A DNA stretch of 64,000 bases from a virus. Taxonomy: Duplodnaviria > Heunggongvirae > Uroviricota > Caudoviricetes. Made by a program: the position numbers and the translations under genes. This document shows positions 1 through 7,999 of the stretch, in pieces. Within the stretch, counting starts at the first letter, position 1; every line of letters begins with the position of its first letter. The notes beneath the pieces were generated by a model, which searched no databases, was not told the origin of the DNA, and saw nothing but the letters and a program-made list of their open reading frames with translations. Location: the IMG/VR virus record IMGVR_UViG_3300015615_000629, positions 1 to 64,000 of that record, one strand, 5' to 3'.

Positions 1-97
1 GCCGGCCGGCCTCGTCTTGGAGAACTTGCCGGTCGTGCGGAATCATTACGACACGCCAACCGGGCAAATGTTTTGCAATTTCTTCGATTTTGCTCAT
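1..97 (-). CDS. hypothetical protein (5' part; runs off window)
   Basis: ATG at 97 is 9 nt after the motif at 107; frame open to the window edge (MSKIEEIAKHLPGW...). Confidence 0.6.
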   Translation of the reverse strand, partial: MSKIEEIAKHLPGWRVVMIPHDRQVLQDEAGR

Positions 98-114
98 GGC
101 GATTCAGGTACAGA

Positions 115-429
115 TTAGCAGGAGGGAGGATTTTGGTTATAGTCTTGTTCTTGCAACCAATTCATTAACGATAACGCATCGTCGATTGGTGCTCCAGTCT
201 CATTCAGAATCTCAGCCCCACAATCGGCACAACCGTAATAGTTTACGGTTGCCTCGTCATCCCCACCATCCTCGTAAGAAACTTCGTCCTGGTTGTAATC
301 GAGAAAACACTCATTCTCGACTATTTTAATTGCAGTGATTGGACTGGTTTTGGTAGTGGTACAAGTCAAAACCTCTTCCAATTTCGTGCCACCGCAATCG
401 GGACAAATAAATTTGAGTGAATCAGCCAT
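115..429 (-). CDS. Zn-ribbon hypothetical protein
   Basis: CPDC and CADC pairs; start moved to ATG 429, 9 nt after the motif at 439. Confidence 0.7.
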   Translation of the reverse strand: MADSLKFICPDCGGTKLEEVLTCTTTKTSPITAIKIVENECFLDYNQDEVSYEDGGDDEATVNYYGCADCGAEILNETGAPIDDALSLMNWLQEQDYNQNPPSC

Positions 430-446
430 GCCTACTCCGGTACAGG

Positions 447-524
447 TTAGAGACAGCAGACGCAAATGCAATAAAAATAAATCGCAAATAGCGTCAAGAA
501 AATGAAATGCCCCGCCGTTCTCAT
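447..524 (-). CDS. 25-aa hydrophobic microprotein
   Basis: ATGA overlap with upstream stop; TAA fused to motif. Confidence 0.35.
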   Translation of the reverse strand: MRTAGHFIFLTLFAIYFYCICVCCL

Positions 525-1078
525 GCTGCCTCCTCCATTGGTTCGGGTTGTTCGGCGTCGGACTTCTGATAGGGACGCACCGGAAGAAACGCACAAACAG
601 AATTGCAATGCTTTATCTCCGTTGTTTCCCAACAACAGCATTGCAAACAGTTTAGTTTGACCATTGCCGTAACGCTACCCGCTTCGGCACGGTCAACAAC
701 TGGCAGGAATCGTAGGGTTTTCTCATCGCTACGCAATTCCTTGCGAATTGCCTCGTAGTTCTGATGAATCCAAGGCTTTTTGGCAAACTTTTCCTTGCGG
801 GAACGCTTACCCTTGCCGCCGAATCCTTCCGGTACAGGTGCTCCCTTGACACGACCCCGCTTGCCCTTGGGGGTCTTTAGTTCGATGCTCCAGTCCTTTA
901 CCCGAAGATATACGACTGAAGCAGTGATTTCTTTCAACCCTGCATTCTTCTGAGCATTGTAGTGGTTTGCCACTTGCTCAAAAAGCCCGCTGCGGTTCGA
1001 GAAAGCCGTTTCGTTCTCCAAAGTTTGAATGATTTGGAGAAACAACGGCTTGTCAATGATAATTGTTTTCTTGGACAC
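521..1078 (-). CDS. putative DNA-binding protein, paralog of 14616..15350
   Basis: GGAG SD; shared ...LRVKDWSIELKTPKGKRG pattern; C-terminal Cys cluster. Confidence 0.7.
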   Translation of the reverse strand: MSKKTIIIDKPLFLQIIQTLENETAFSNRSGLFEQVANHYNAQKNAGLKEITASVVYLRVKDWSIELKTPKGKRGRVKGAPVPEGFGGKGKRSRKEKFAKKPWIHQNYEAIRKELRSDEKTLRFLPVVDRAEAGSVTAMVKLNCLQCCCWETTEIKHCNSVCAFLPVRPYQKSDAEQPEPMEEAA

Positions 1079-1121
1079 GTTTTATCTCCCGTTTGGTAGG
1101 GAATTAGGTACAGATTAAAAG

Positions 1122-1191
1122 GGGGCCGGAAAGGAATTTAACCCCTACTTCCCGCATATCCGCGAGCGTGCTAACATTACACCACCGGCCC
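1122..1191 (-). tRNA. degenerate tRNA-like RNA
   Basis: GGGCCGG/CCGGCCC acceptor stem, D arm, CTCGC/GCGGG stem with a 6-nt loop, T loop TTAAATT. Confidence 0.6.
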
Positions 1192-1198
1192 CAAAGAG

Positions 1199-1561
1199 TT
1201 ATGCCGCCCGCTGAACCTCGTAATCGACGGCATCTTGAATCAACTTGGCCGAATCCACGTTAAGCATTCGGTCAAGTTCCGCTTTCAACTGGCTCCGCGA
1301 TAGGCTTTTCTTATCGCGTCCATCGGTAAAGCAGGTCCGCCCCTTGCGTTGGCTGATGGTGAACACAACTTGCTCAGGCAAACGGTTTTCACGCTTGGCA
1401 ATCCAAGGCGTGGTATCTTCGGCTGGCTTCGGCGGTTCCGCCACAGGGCGAAGGGTGATATACCGCCAGCAGAGCATAATGCTCTTATCCTTCCCCTTTA
1501 CCTTTGTCTTGATAAATGCCCGCTTGCCCGAAATGTTGACGTAATACTTACCGATTTGCAT
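1199..1561 (-). CDS. hypothetical protein
   Basis: GGAG SD before ATG 1561 (MQIGKYY). Confidence 0.7.
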   Translation of the reverse strand: MQIGKYYVNISGKRAFIKTKVKGKDKSIMLCWRYITLRPVAEPPKPAEDTTPWIAKRENRLPEQVVFTISQRKGRTCFTDGRDKKSLSRSQLKAELDRMLNVDSAKLIQDAVDYEVQRAA

Positions 1562-1601
1562 GTTTTTTCTCCGGTTAGGTGACGCCAGATTAGGTACAGA
1601 T

Positions 1602-1997
1602 TTAGGCTGCGAACGCCACCTTGATTTGATTTGAAGTAAACTTAAATTCTTTGCCGTCATCCCGCTTGGCATTTATCGGCATCTTGTGTCGGCGAGGAAC
1701 GTAGCCTGTAACGGTGTAAAAGCGACCGTCAAGCCGAAATTGTTTTCCAAGCCATTCAGGCTTTAACCCCTCAAGGCTAGCATAGAGAAGATAATCCTGT
1801 CGCTCTTTGGAGTTTACTTCTCCGTTACTGTTTTTTGTTTGAATTTCAACTTTGAGGGTTGCGAAGTTGGAGGAAAAAGTGCCAGGCTTTATCGCAATTG
1901 ACAACCCATGTTGTTCGGCCACAACTTGAAGGGCCTTTGCAATCTCTTGGTCAAGCAGACGAAGCGAAGCACGGTCGAGTGTGGTGATTGTGTTCAT
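1602..1997 (-). CDS. hypothetical protein
   Basis: ORF; ATG 9 nt after the motif at 2007. Confidence 0.75.
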   Translation of the reverse strand: MNTITTLDRASLRLLDQEIAKALQVVAEQHGLSIAIKPGTFSSNFATLKVEIQTKNSNGEVNSKERQDYLLYASLEGLKPEWLGKQFRLDGRFYTVTGYVPRRHKMPINAKRDDGKEFKFTSNQIKVAFAA

Positions 1998-2032
1998 GGC
2001 AGTTATGGTACAGATAAAGGTTTCCTATAAAC

Positions 2033-2072
2033 AAAAAGAAACGGTTCCAAAGGCGTCCCCTTGGAACCGTTT
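2033..2072 (-). terminator. intrinsic terminator
   Basis: AAACGGTTCCAA/TTGGAACCGTTT stem plus U-tract on the minus strand. Confidence 0.75.
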
Positions 2073-2107
2073 CACTGCAATTTATTCAAGCGTAATTAAG
2101 CCCCTAC

Positions 2108-2278
2108 TTAACCGAATGGAGGGCTTAGTTCGTAATGCTTGTGCTTTCGTCGCGTGGTTAGTTGTGGCCGTACTTGTTCCCGGACGGCCGCACGGGTGAG
2201 TCTAAGTTTGTTGCTTAACTTAGCACGTATGCCAAGCAACCAACAAACCATAGTGTAAAATAAACAGAAGCCTTCCAT
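2108..2278 (-). CDS. 56-aa small protein (not in ORF track)
   Basis: AGGAGG SD, MEGFCLFYTMVCWLLG...; between motif 2312 and a terminator. Confidence 0.5.
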   Translation of the reverse strand: MEGFCLFYTMVCWLLGIRAKLSNKLRLTRAAVREQVRPQLTTRRKHKHYELSPPFG

Positions 2279-2340
2279 CCCACCCTCCTGAGTTAGCCTT
2301 GCCCGTTTTCAGGTACAGATAAAGGGTTCCGCCATTAAAT

Positions 2341-2375
2341 AAAAAAACCCCGTTATTCACGTTGAATAACGGGGT
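2341..2375 (-). terminator. intrinsic terminator
   Basis: ACCCCGTTATTCA/TGAATAACGGGGT stem plus U7. Confidence 0.8.
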
Positions 2376-2736
2376 CGGACATGCCTGCAACTGGTTGAGT
2401 GCTTCGATGGGCCGGCAAGTTCCCAGGGTTTACTTTTTAACCGAACAAACCCCAAACGAGCGTAGGTCAACCCGTATGCTGGGTTCCGAAGCACCGCAAT
2501 TTAACACTTAGGTTGGTTTTCTGCGGAGGATTATCCGTCCGGATAAGTTTAGGGTCTGTCCAAGACCCAGCTGAGTTTTAGGTCGTCCGAAGACCGGATT
2601 CTTTTTAGGTCATACCAGGACCGGATAACCTTATCGCGGCTCCACTTCGTCACTCATCGCAGGCTGCCGCCACACAACTCCAGAGTGCCTCCTCCTTCGT
2701 TGTACCGTCTGGGCATAGACGGACGACTATGATTGC
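2376..2736 (-). ncRNA. candidate structured ncRNA with repeated GGUC-stem hairpins
   Basis: No ORF of 60 aa or more; bracketed by motif 2746 and a terminator; several local and long-range stems. Confidence 0.5.
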
Positions 2737-3491
2737 TCTTGACTTGGTACAGGTTGATTACGGCCAGTCTTCAACTCTTGGGCGTAATTCCTGATTATTT
2801 CGATTGTTTGTTCTCGCCCTTCGACAACCCCCTCAACATAGGCTTTCATGCCGATAATTCGCAAAGCATCGACATTTTCTCTCGCCCGCACAGAAACCGT
2901 ATAACCGCTGCCAAGGCTACCGTTTGCAGCCCTATTGTTCTCAATCGTCAACTTAAAATGCCAACGATTTTCAAACTTTTGCTTAAACGCCTTGGTCTGA
3001 GCCAATTCGGCAGGAACGTTTTCGTGAAGGATTGTTTCCATGCCAATCTCGGTACAGGTTGGGCATAACCAACCATCGGGGTCGCCATAATTGGCATTAG
3101 GATTTTGCAAAAACCAACCATTGATTTCGGCAAGTATCTTGGCTTTCTTGAATGTTTCACCATAAAACACCCGTTCATCGCCGCACTTGCAGCATTCAAC
3201 ATCGCAGCAATCGGAACCGACCGATAACTCATCCCAGCCACACGTTGCACATATCCAAAAGGTGCCATCGGACTTTTCGACGATATCGTTGATGCTGGTC
3301 GAGCGTACTTTCAAGTCGCCAAAAACTTTCACCTTTTCGTTGTCACCCCAATAATGGTCAACATTATTGGTTAGCCAAAAGACCTCCTCAAGGTCGTCAG
3401 TGTCCACTTCGGCTACAAGTTCATAGCCTTCGGGGAATGGCGGTGCCTCAAGAAACCCGCTCCGGTCAACAAAATGATAAAGTTTGCTCAT
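2727..3491 (-). CDS. YodL-like N-terminal domain + Cys-rich segment; internal start at 3041
   Basis: DLEEVF..TN...RSTSINDIV...GW pattern; internal motif 3051 lies 9 nt before in-frame ATG 3041. Confidence 0.6.
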   Translation of the reverse strand: MSKLYHFVDRSGFLEAPPFPEGYELVAEVDTDDLEEVFWLTNNVDHYWGDNEKVKVFGDLKVRSTSINDIVEKSDGTFWICATCGWDELSVGSDCCDVECCKCGDERVFYGETFKKAKILAEINGWFLQNPNANYGDPDGWLCPTCTEIGMETILHENVPAELAQTKAFKQKFENRWHFKLTIENNRAANGSLGSGYTVSVRARENVDALRIIGMKAYVEGVVEGREQTIEIIRNYAQELKTGRNQPVPSQEQS

Positions 3492-3823
3492 GGTGAATTA
3501 GGTACAGGTTTTTTCCAGGCCAATGTTTCGTCCCGACGCTTCTGATGGCTCTTATACGAGGCTTTCTGAAGCACACGTAATTTATAGCCAATCCGTTCCA
3601 ATTCACGGTACAGGTCGGCGTACTCTTCCGGCTTCGCCCGTCTGGTTGTATAAACCAACCCGTAATAGTCAGCACCACTATGCTGACCAACGTGCATGTA
3701 ACTTTGGCAATAAATTCCGTCATTATCCGACGGAACTTCAGGGAATAGAGCGATAATCTGCCCGCTCTTATCCCTAAACTTGCGGAAAACTACAACGGTT
3801 TCTTCGGTGTCTTGCTCAATCAT
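3488..3823 (-). CDS. conserved phage hypothetical protein
   Basis: VVFRKF..IIALFP..SYMHVGQH; motif-led start. Confidence 0.75.
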   Translation of the reverse strand: MIEQDTEETVVVFRKFRDKSGQIIALFPEVPSDNDGIYCQSYMHVGQHSGADYYGLVYTTRRAKPEEYADLYRELERIGYKLRVLQKASYKSHQKRRDETLAWKKPVPNSP

Positions 3824-3852
3824 AACGAATTCGGTACAGGTTGTGAATTGAT

Positions 3853-3960
3853 TAAAAATGCCCCTGCCTTGAATTGTAGCTCGGAAGCCTCATGTTCAAG
3901 GCAGGGGTCTTTTCTAACCGGCGTCTAGGCCGGCAACTTGGCGGTCACTAACCGCCGTGA
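3853..3960 (-). ncRNA. candidate ~110-nt small RNA
   Basis: Starts about 10 nt after motif 3970; two GC hairpins and a 13-bp terminator-like stem with U-tract; no ORF. Confidence 0.45.
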
Positions 3961-3998
3961 GACTTTTACGGTACAGATAAAGGATGTTTTTTCAAAAT

Positions 3999-4036
3999 AA
4001 AAAAAGAGGGGAGAGGGCCGAAACCCTCTCCCCTCT
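3999..4036 (-). terminator. intrinsic terminator
   Basis: GAGGGGAGAGGG/CCCTCTCCCCTC stem plus U7. Confidence 0.85.
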
Positions 4037-4051
4037 CGACACCGGAGAAGT

Positions 4052-5215
4052 CTAGGCGGCAAGGTGCAACACGTTTGCCGCTGCCGTATCCAGGGCCAAC
4101 CGCTCATCGCCGTGAGCGTCAAGGGTCTGGCTGTATGCCGTAATCCCCTGAACCGCAGCCCAAGCACTTAGCGGGTTGTAATTCCACTTTTCAGCGTCCT
4201 CGACACCAAGGCCAATCGCAGCACGCAACACCTTCTGGCCAAGGGCTTGAATACGCTGCTTGTACAGCGTCTTGACGACATCCTCGACATCCTTGCCGAG
4301 CACCAAACCCTTTGCGGCCTGAATCTTGCGAACGTAAGGCGTCGAATCCGCCGACAACGCATCGGCCATCGCCGATTGAATCAACGCCGTGACCTTGACC
4401 ATGTCCAAGTCACCCTTATGAATCAATCGGGTGCGGTTAATCTTGCTGGCATCCCACACGATATGGTTGCTGCAAGTCCAACGGTAGAAGAAACTTGTGA
4501 CCGAAACGCTACCAGCACCGACCTCGCTGTTGCTGATAAACACACCTCGGCCCAAACCGCCATCGGTTCCGTCGTCAATCGGACGGTCATTGTTCACCAG
4601 ATAGGTGAACATATCGTGGTCCGAAAGATACAGGCCAGCGGGGGCAATCTTGTCGCCAACCTGAACAATCGTGCGACAACCCCGAACGTCATCCTCCGTA
4701 GCAAGGCGGCTGCCGGGTTGATTCGGCAAGGCGGGGCGGGCGGGAGGGTTCTTCCAACCCCAATTGTCCGCAAACCGATTCACCACGCGGAGGATATCGC
4801 TATTCCACACACGGGAATAGATTTGCGTCGTCGCGGCATGGAGCGAAGCCCCATCGCTGCCGGCTCGAAGCAAGCATTGGGCATTCCCTTCGCGGGCGGC
4901 GTCGTCAAAGCCGTAATTGATACAGGGGGCCGCCAAGTGAGCGGGAACCTTCCGCATCGATTCGGCGCTCATGCCCGCACGGGCACAGATTTGCGAAAAC
5001 GCATAATGCGTCGGCACTGCTTCGCCCTTGGACGAGCGAATAACGATATCGCCGGCATCGTTCGCAGCCGCACGGAATTCCGCCCAAGGCACCTCGGCCG
5101 TGCGGGAACTTCGCTTGTAAATTTCGGCTTGACGTTCCATTTCGGCCAACGTCCAAAAGCGTTCGTCGGCGGGACGTTCGGCCCATTGTCGGTGAGCCTT
5201 CATTAGTTCGGTCAT
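4052..5215 (-). CDS. DUF932/DUF945-family protein
   Basis: HYAFSQIC and ISNSEVGAGSV..FFYRWTCSN motifs; GGAG SD. Confidence 0.7.
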   Translation of the reverse strand: MTELMKAHRQWAERPADERFWTLAEMERQAEIYKRSSRTAEVPWAEFRAAANDAGDIVIRSSKGEAVPTHYAFSQICARAGMSAESMRKVPAHLAAPCINYGFDDAAREGNAQCLLRAGSDGASLHAATTQIYSRVWNSDILRVVNRFADNWGWKNPPARPALPNQPGSRLATEDDVRGCRTIVQVGDKIAPAGLYLSDHDMFTYLVNNDRPIDDGTDGGLGRGVFISNSEVGAGSVSVTSFFYRWTCSNHIVWDASKINRTRLIHKGDLDMVKVTALIQSAMADALSADSTPYVRKIQAAKGLVLGKDVEDVVKTLYKQRIQALGQKVLRAAIGLGVEDAEKWNYNPLSAWAAVQGITAYSQTLDAHGDERLALDTAAANVLHLAA

Positions 5216-5444
5216 GACTTTTCTCCAAGTGTCGTGTCAGAAACCACGCCGACTTCGGTACAGGTTAACCGTTTGCCGGCCTCTGTCAAGGTTCTGCAAG
5301 CACCGTGCTTGCCACGCCAACTTCAGGTACAGATAAATCTCAGATTTAAGCCTATAAGAGAGGATTTAATCCCTCTCTAAAGAAAAAAGGATTAAAAGCA
5401 TGATCCCATTAAAGAGATTCATACTTTTAATCCTATTAAAAGGC

Positions 5445-5602
5445 CGCCACAACTAGGACTCGAACCTAGAATTCTTCCCTTTGCTTGACTGGTCTGACCA
5501 AGCAAACACAAATCTTCAGGACTCTTATCCTTTAGCGCTACGGATAAGGACCAATCCCTAAATTTGCAAGAAAGCGTGTTGCCAAATTACTACTACTGTG
5601 GC
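5445..5602 (-). tRNA. tRNA-like RNA (possible Cys-GCA) with 84-nt insertion in the anticodon loop
   Basis: GCCACAG/TTGTGGC acceptor, CTTTC/GGAAG anticodon stem, CTAGG-TTCGAGT-CCTAG T arm. Confidence 0.7.
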
Positions 5603-5988
5603 ATTGGTTCAGGTACAGATAAACGTTCCAAAAGCATATCTGTATAGTAATCGGCAGTCTGGTAGATAAATCCCTCTCGTCTTGAATTCTGCATACTTAT
5701 CAACCATTGAACTGTGTTGTGAGCCACCACAACCATCACCTCAGTGACGATAAGTAATTTGTGCCGGTTCATCTCAAGATCATGATCATACTTTGCCCTA
5801 GTAAGATCAAGATGATCGTTTGTGTAAATCTTTACGCCATCAGTTCTTAGCGTAAGAGAAACAAGACTGCCGTCTTGACACAAAGCAAACTTCTCTTTTA
5901 ATTTACACAAACTTTCTTTAGTTATGTGTACCTCGGCACACAAGGCCATGTGTAGACCTTCATGTGTTGCATCACAGAGAAGTTTCAT
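5593..5988 (-). CDS. hypothetical protein
   Basis: ORF in an ATGA-coupled chain. Confidence 0.65.
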   Translation of the reverse strand: MKLLCDATHEGLHMALCAEVHITKESLCKLKEKFALCQDGSLVSLTLRTDGVKIYTNDHLDLTRAKYDHDLEMNRHKLLIVTEVMVVVAHNTVQWLISMQNSRREGFIYQTADYYTDMLLERLSVPEPMPQ

Positions 5989-6224
5989 TCCATGAGTTCC
6001 GCTTGTAGTTTACAGCATTCTAAAGCCGATAGTTCGGCTACCAATGAGCAAGCCTTTTCAGTCCATTCCTTAACTTTTGGTTTAAGAGAGATGGCCTGCT
6101 TAGACAGAGCGGCATCTTTAATGGCTAGAATGTAAAGCCTTGCCCGCTCAAACGTTGGCTCATTAACACTTGCTGCACGAGCCGCCAACGTAACCGCTGA
6201 ATCAGCATAGTTATCAATTATCAT
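5985..6224 (-). CDS. hypothetical protein
   Basis: ATGA-coupled ORF. Confidence 0.65.
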   Translation of the reverse strand: MIIDNYADSAVTLAARAASVNEPTFERARLYILAIKDAALSKQAISLKPKVKEWTEKACSLVAELSALECCKLQAELME

Positions 6225-6442
6225 CCTGCCATTAGCCCTTGAGGAAGAAATGGAGTTTGATTTTTAACTGCCAGCCTAGCATAAGCCTTAGAAAAACTTT
6301 TGCTTGGCCGAAGAGTACGCCACGCCTTACGTTCTGCACGTAAGTAATGTGCAGTTTGTAGACGTAACTCATGTCCTCGTGGGACATTAAGATGATTCGA
6401 CCAGTATCGAATAAACGATCTGGTTGTGAATTTTATATTCAT
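6221..6442 (-). CDS. hypothetical protein
   Basis: Start moved to ATG 6442 (9 nt after motif 6452; ATGA overlap). Confidence 0.6.
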   Translation of the reverse strand: MNIKFTTRSFIRYWSNHLNVPRGHELRLQTAHYLRAERKAWRTLRPSKSFSKAYARLAVKNQTPFLPQGLMAG

Positions 6443-6849
6443 GAGGGTTTTGGTACAGATTCTTCTTTTAGAAAATTCTTCTTCCAATTGTCATCGTGGA
6501 TGCTCACTTCACCCGCCGATTCCGTTGGATTCCCTCTGTTGCAACGCCAAATTTCAATTGTTCCGTTTGGCCGAATTGCATAGTAATAGGCAATGTCGCC
6601 GTGGAAATCCTTGCTAATTCCGATGTTGGTATAACCGTCCTTTAGCTTGGCACACAGCCATGCGGCGGCATATTCAGGGTCATCTAAACCTCTGTTTTTG
6701 TCAAAGTCTAGCAAATGGGGAATGATGGTCGCAAGTACCCCACTCGGCCCCTGCGGATAACCATCGCAATGCCGGTACAGCAAAGCCTCGAAATTGGACA
6801 ATCGAGACTTGTTTTCGTAGTAAAAACCAATTTGACAGCGAGTGCTCAC
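6439..6849 (-). CDS. conserved phage hypothetical protein
   Basis: MSTRCQIG...YRHCDGYP motif. Confidence 0.75.
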   Translation of the reverse strand: MSTRCQIGFYYENKSRLSNFEALLYRHCDGYPQGPSGVLATIIPHLLDFDKNRGLDDPEYAAAWLCAKLKDGYTNIGISKDFHGDIAYYYAIRPNGTIEIWRCNRGNPTESAGEVSIHDDNWKKNFLKEESVPKPS

Positions 6850-6888
6850 AGATTTAATTCCTGGGGTTTGTTTCGTTTGTGGTACAGA

Positions 6889-7059
6889 TTATTCAAAATG
6901 CAAGAACGGATGATCCTTGTCCAATACGTCATCCTCTGGACTGAATTCAAGAGTAGCCTTGAAAAACTCCTCCTCCGGAGTAAAAATTGTTACGTCCGAA
7001 TTCAACTGCGTATCAGACAGTTTCGTAAGTATCGTCAAAGCCAAGTCACGGTATGTCAT
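6889..7059 (-). CDS. 56-aa hypothetical protein (not in ORF track)
   Basis: GAGGA SD; MTYRDLAL...HPFLHFE; stop fused to motif 6881. Confidence 0.6.
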   Translation of the reverse strand: MTYRDLALTILTKLSDTQLNSDVTIFTPEEEFFKATLEFSPEDDVLDKDHPFLHFE

Positions 7060-7087
7060 TTATTTTATCCTCTTGCTTGTTCGTTAA

Positions 7088-7348
7088 TCACAGAATGGCT
7101 CCTGCCAGGGATTCCCGTAAGTGGAGGGCAATTCGTTCCAATGCTTTCTCCATGCCTGCCACATAAGCCATGATATAGGCTGTATAGAGCCTATCTGAGT
7201 TGGGAGAAATCAGCATGTCATCCCCAACCACATGCCAAACGCCCCCGCCAGATTCTAATTTCAAATCGCAGCCATAGGCCGTATTACACGCTTCGATTGC
7301 GTGGCGAGCCAACCGACGCTCTTCATCTTTGAAGGTGCAAAGAATCAT
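7088..7348 (-). CDS. hypothetical protein
   Basis: AAGGA SD. Confidence 0.65.
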   Translation of the reverse strand: MILCTFKDEERRLARHAIEACNTAYGCDLKLESGGGVWHVVGDDMLISPNSDRLYTAYIMAYVAGMEKALERIALHLRESLAGAIL

Positions 7349-7393
7349 ACTTTTAATTCCTTTGGAAGGAGTGTCTGGCCATTACGGTACAGA

Positions 7394-7639
7394 TTAAGAC
7401 AATGTTTTTGCCATTGCAATCAATTTGTTGCCGAATTCAATGGCTTTTTCAGGTGGAAGCCCAATCCATGTCGTAGGCATTCCAAAATCAATAATTACCT
7501 GCCTGCTCTGAGGGTCAACGCCCATTCGCACATTCAATTCGCCCTCGTCATCCGGAGATATCCTGCCATCTGGAAACTGTCCAGTTGGCCCCGGCTCAGA
7601 CTCGAAAAATTCTTTGAAACGCTCGCCTTCACCTGCCAT
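7394..7639 (-). CDS. conserved hypothetical protein
   Basis: GPTGQFPDG..DDEGEL..VIIDFG..WIGL pattern. Confidence 0.7.
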   Translation of the reverse strand: MAGEGERFKEFFESEPGPTGQFPDGRISPDDEGELNVRMGVDPQSRQVIIDFGMPTTWIGLPPEKAIEFGNKLIAMAKTLS

Positions 7640-7642
7640 GTA

Positions 7643-7846
7643 TCACCAATTAATGTATTCTCGCAACTGAGATTCGTCCACCCTTGCCCTCGTCACACCC
7701 TTAATGGTTTTAACTTTATCGTATTCCTTTTCTTGAATCTCCCTGAATTCGCCAAGAAAAGACCAACTGTAATACCCCTTGGGCTCCCGACCTAAAGCAC
7801 GCATGACTTTAGAACGGGCTCGGTGACTTTTAATGCGAATGAACAT
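7643..7846 (-). CDS. hypothetical protein
   Basis: Start moved to ATG 7846; the longer ORF runs through the tmRNA-like gene. Confidence 0.6.
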   Translation of the reverse strand: MFIRIKSHRARSKVMRALGREPKGYYSWSFLGEFREIQEKEYDKVKTIKGVTRARVDESQLREYINW

Positions 7847-7848
7847 AG

Positions 7849-7980
7849 TGGACACGCTGGGAATTGAACCCAGATCCGTCATAGTTGCAGATTTACCACA
7901 AAGTCTTTGTAAACGCATTTAACTTTGTTGGAATCCAATCCAGGCAATCTCTCGGCTATACGTCGATACCTTTCGTGCCC
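7849..7980 (-). ncRNA. ssrA: mini tmRNA-like RNA (132 nt)
   Basis: 5' GGGCACG-AAAGGTATCGAC, 3' CTGGGTTCAATTCCCAG-CGTGTCC-A; G3.U70 and A73 alanine identity; no D stem. Confidence 0.7.
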
Positions 7981-7999
7981 GTGTAAGTTATGGTACAGA

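Noticed and set aside
4247-5206. Long + strand ORFs (e.g. 4247..5206, 26095..26622, 54398..54915, 61273..61869)
   Set aside because: Antisense shadows of GC-rich minus-strand genes with no recognisable motifs.
5257-5289. Motif as a host sigma-70 -10 box (TAAYCT)
   Set aside because: Fits here (TTGACA-16-TAACCT), but many copies lack the leading TA while GTACC is invariant and -35 boxes are generally absent.
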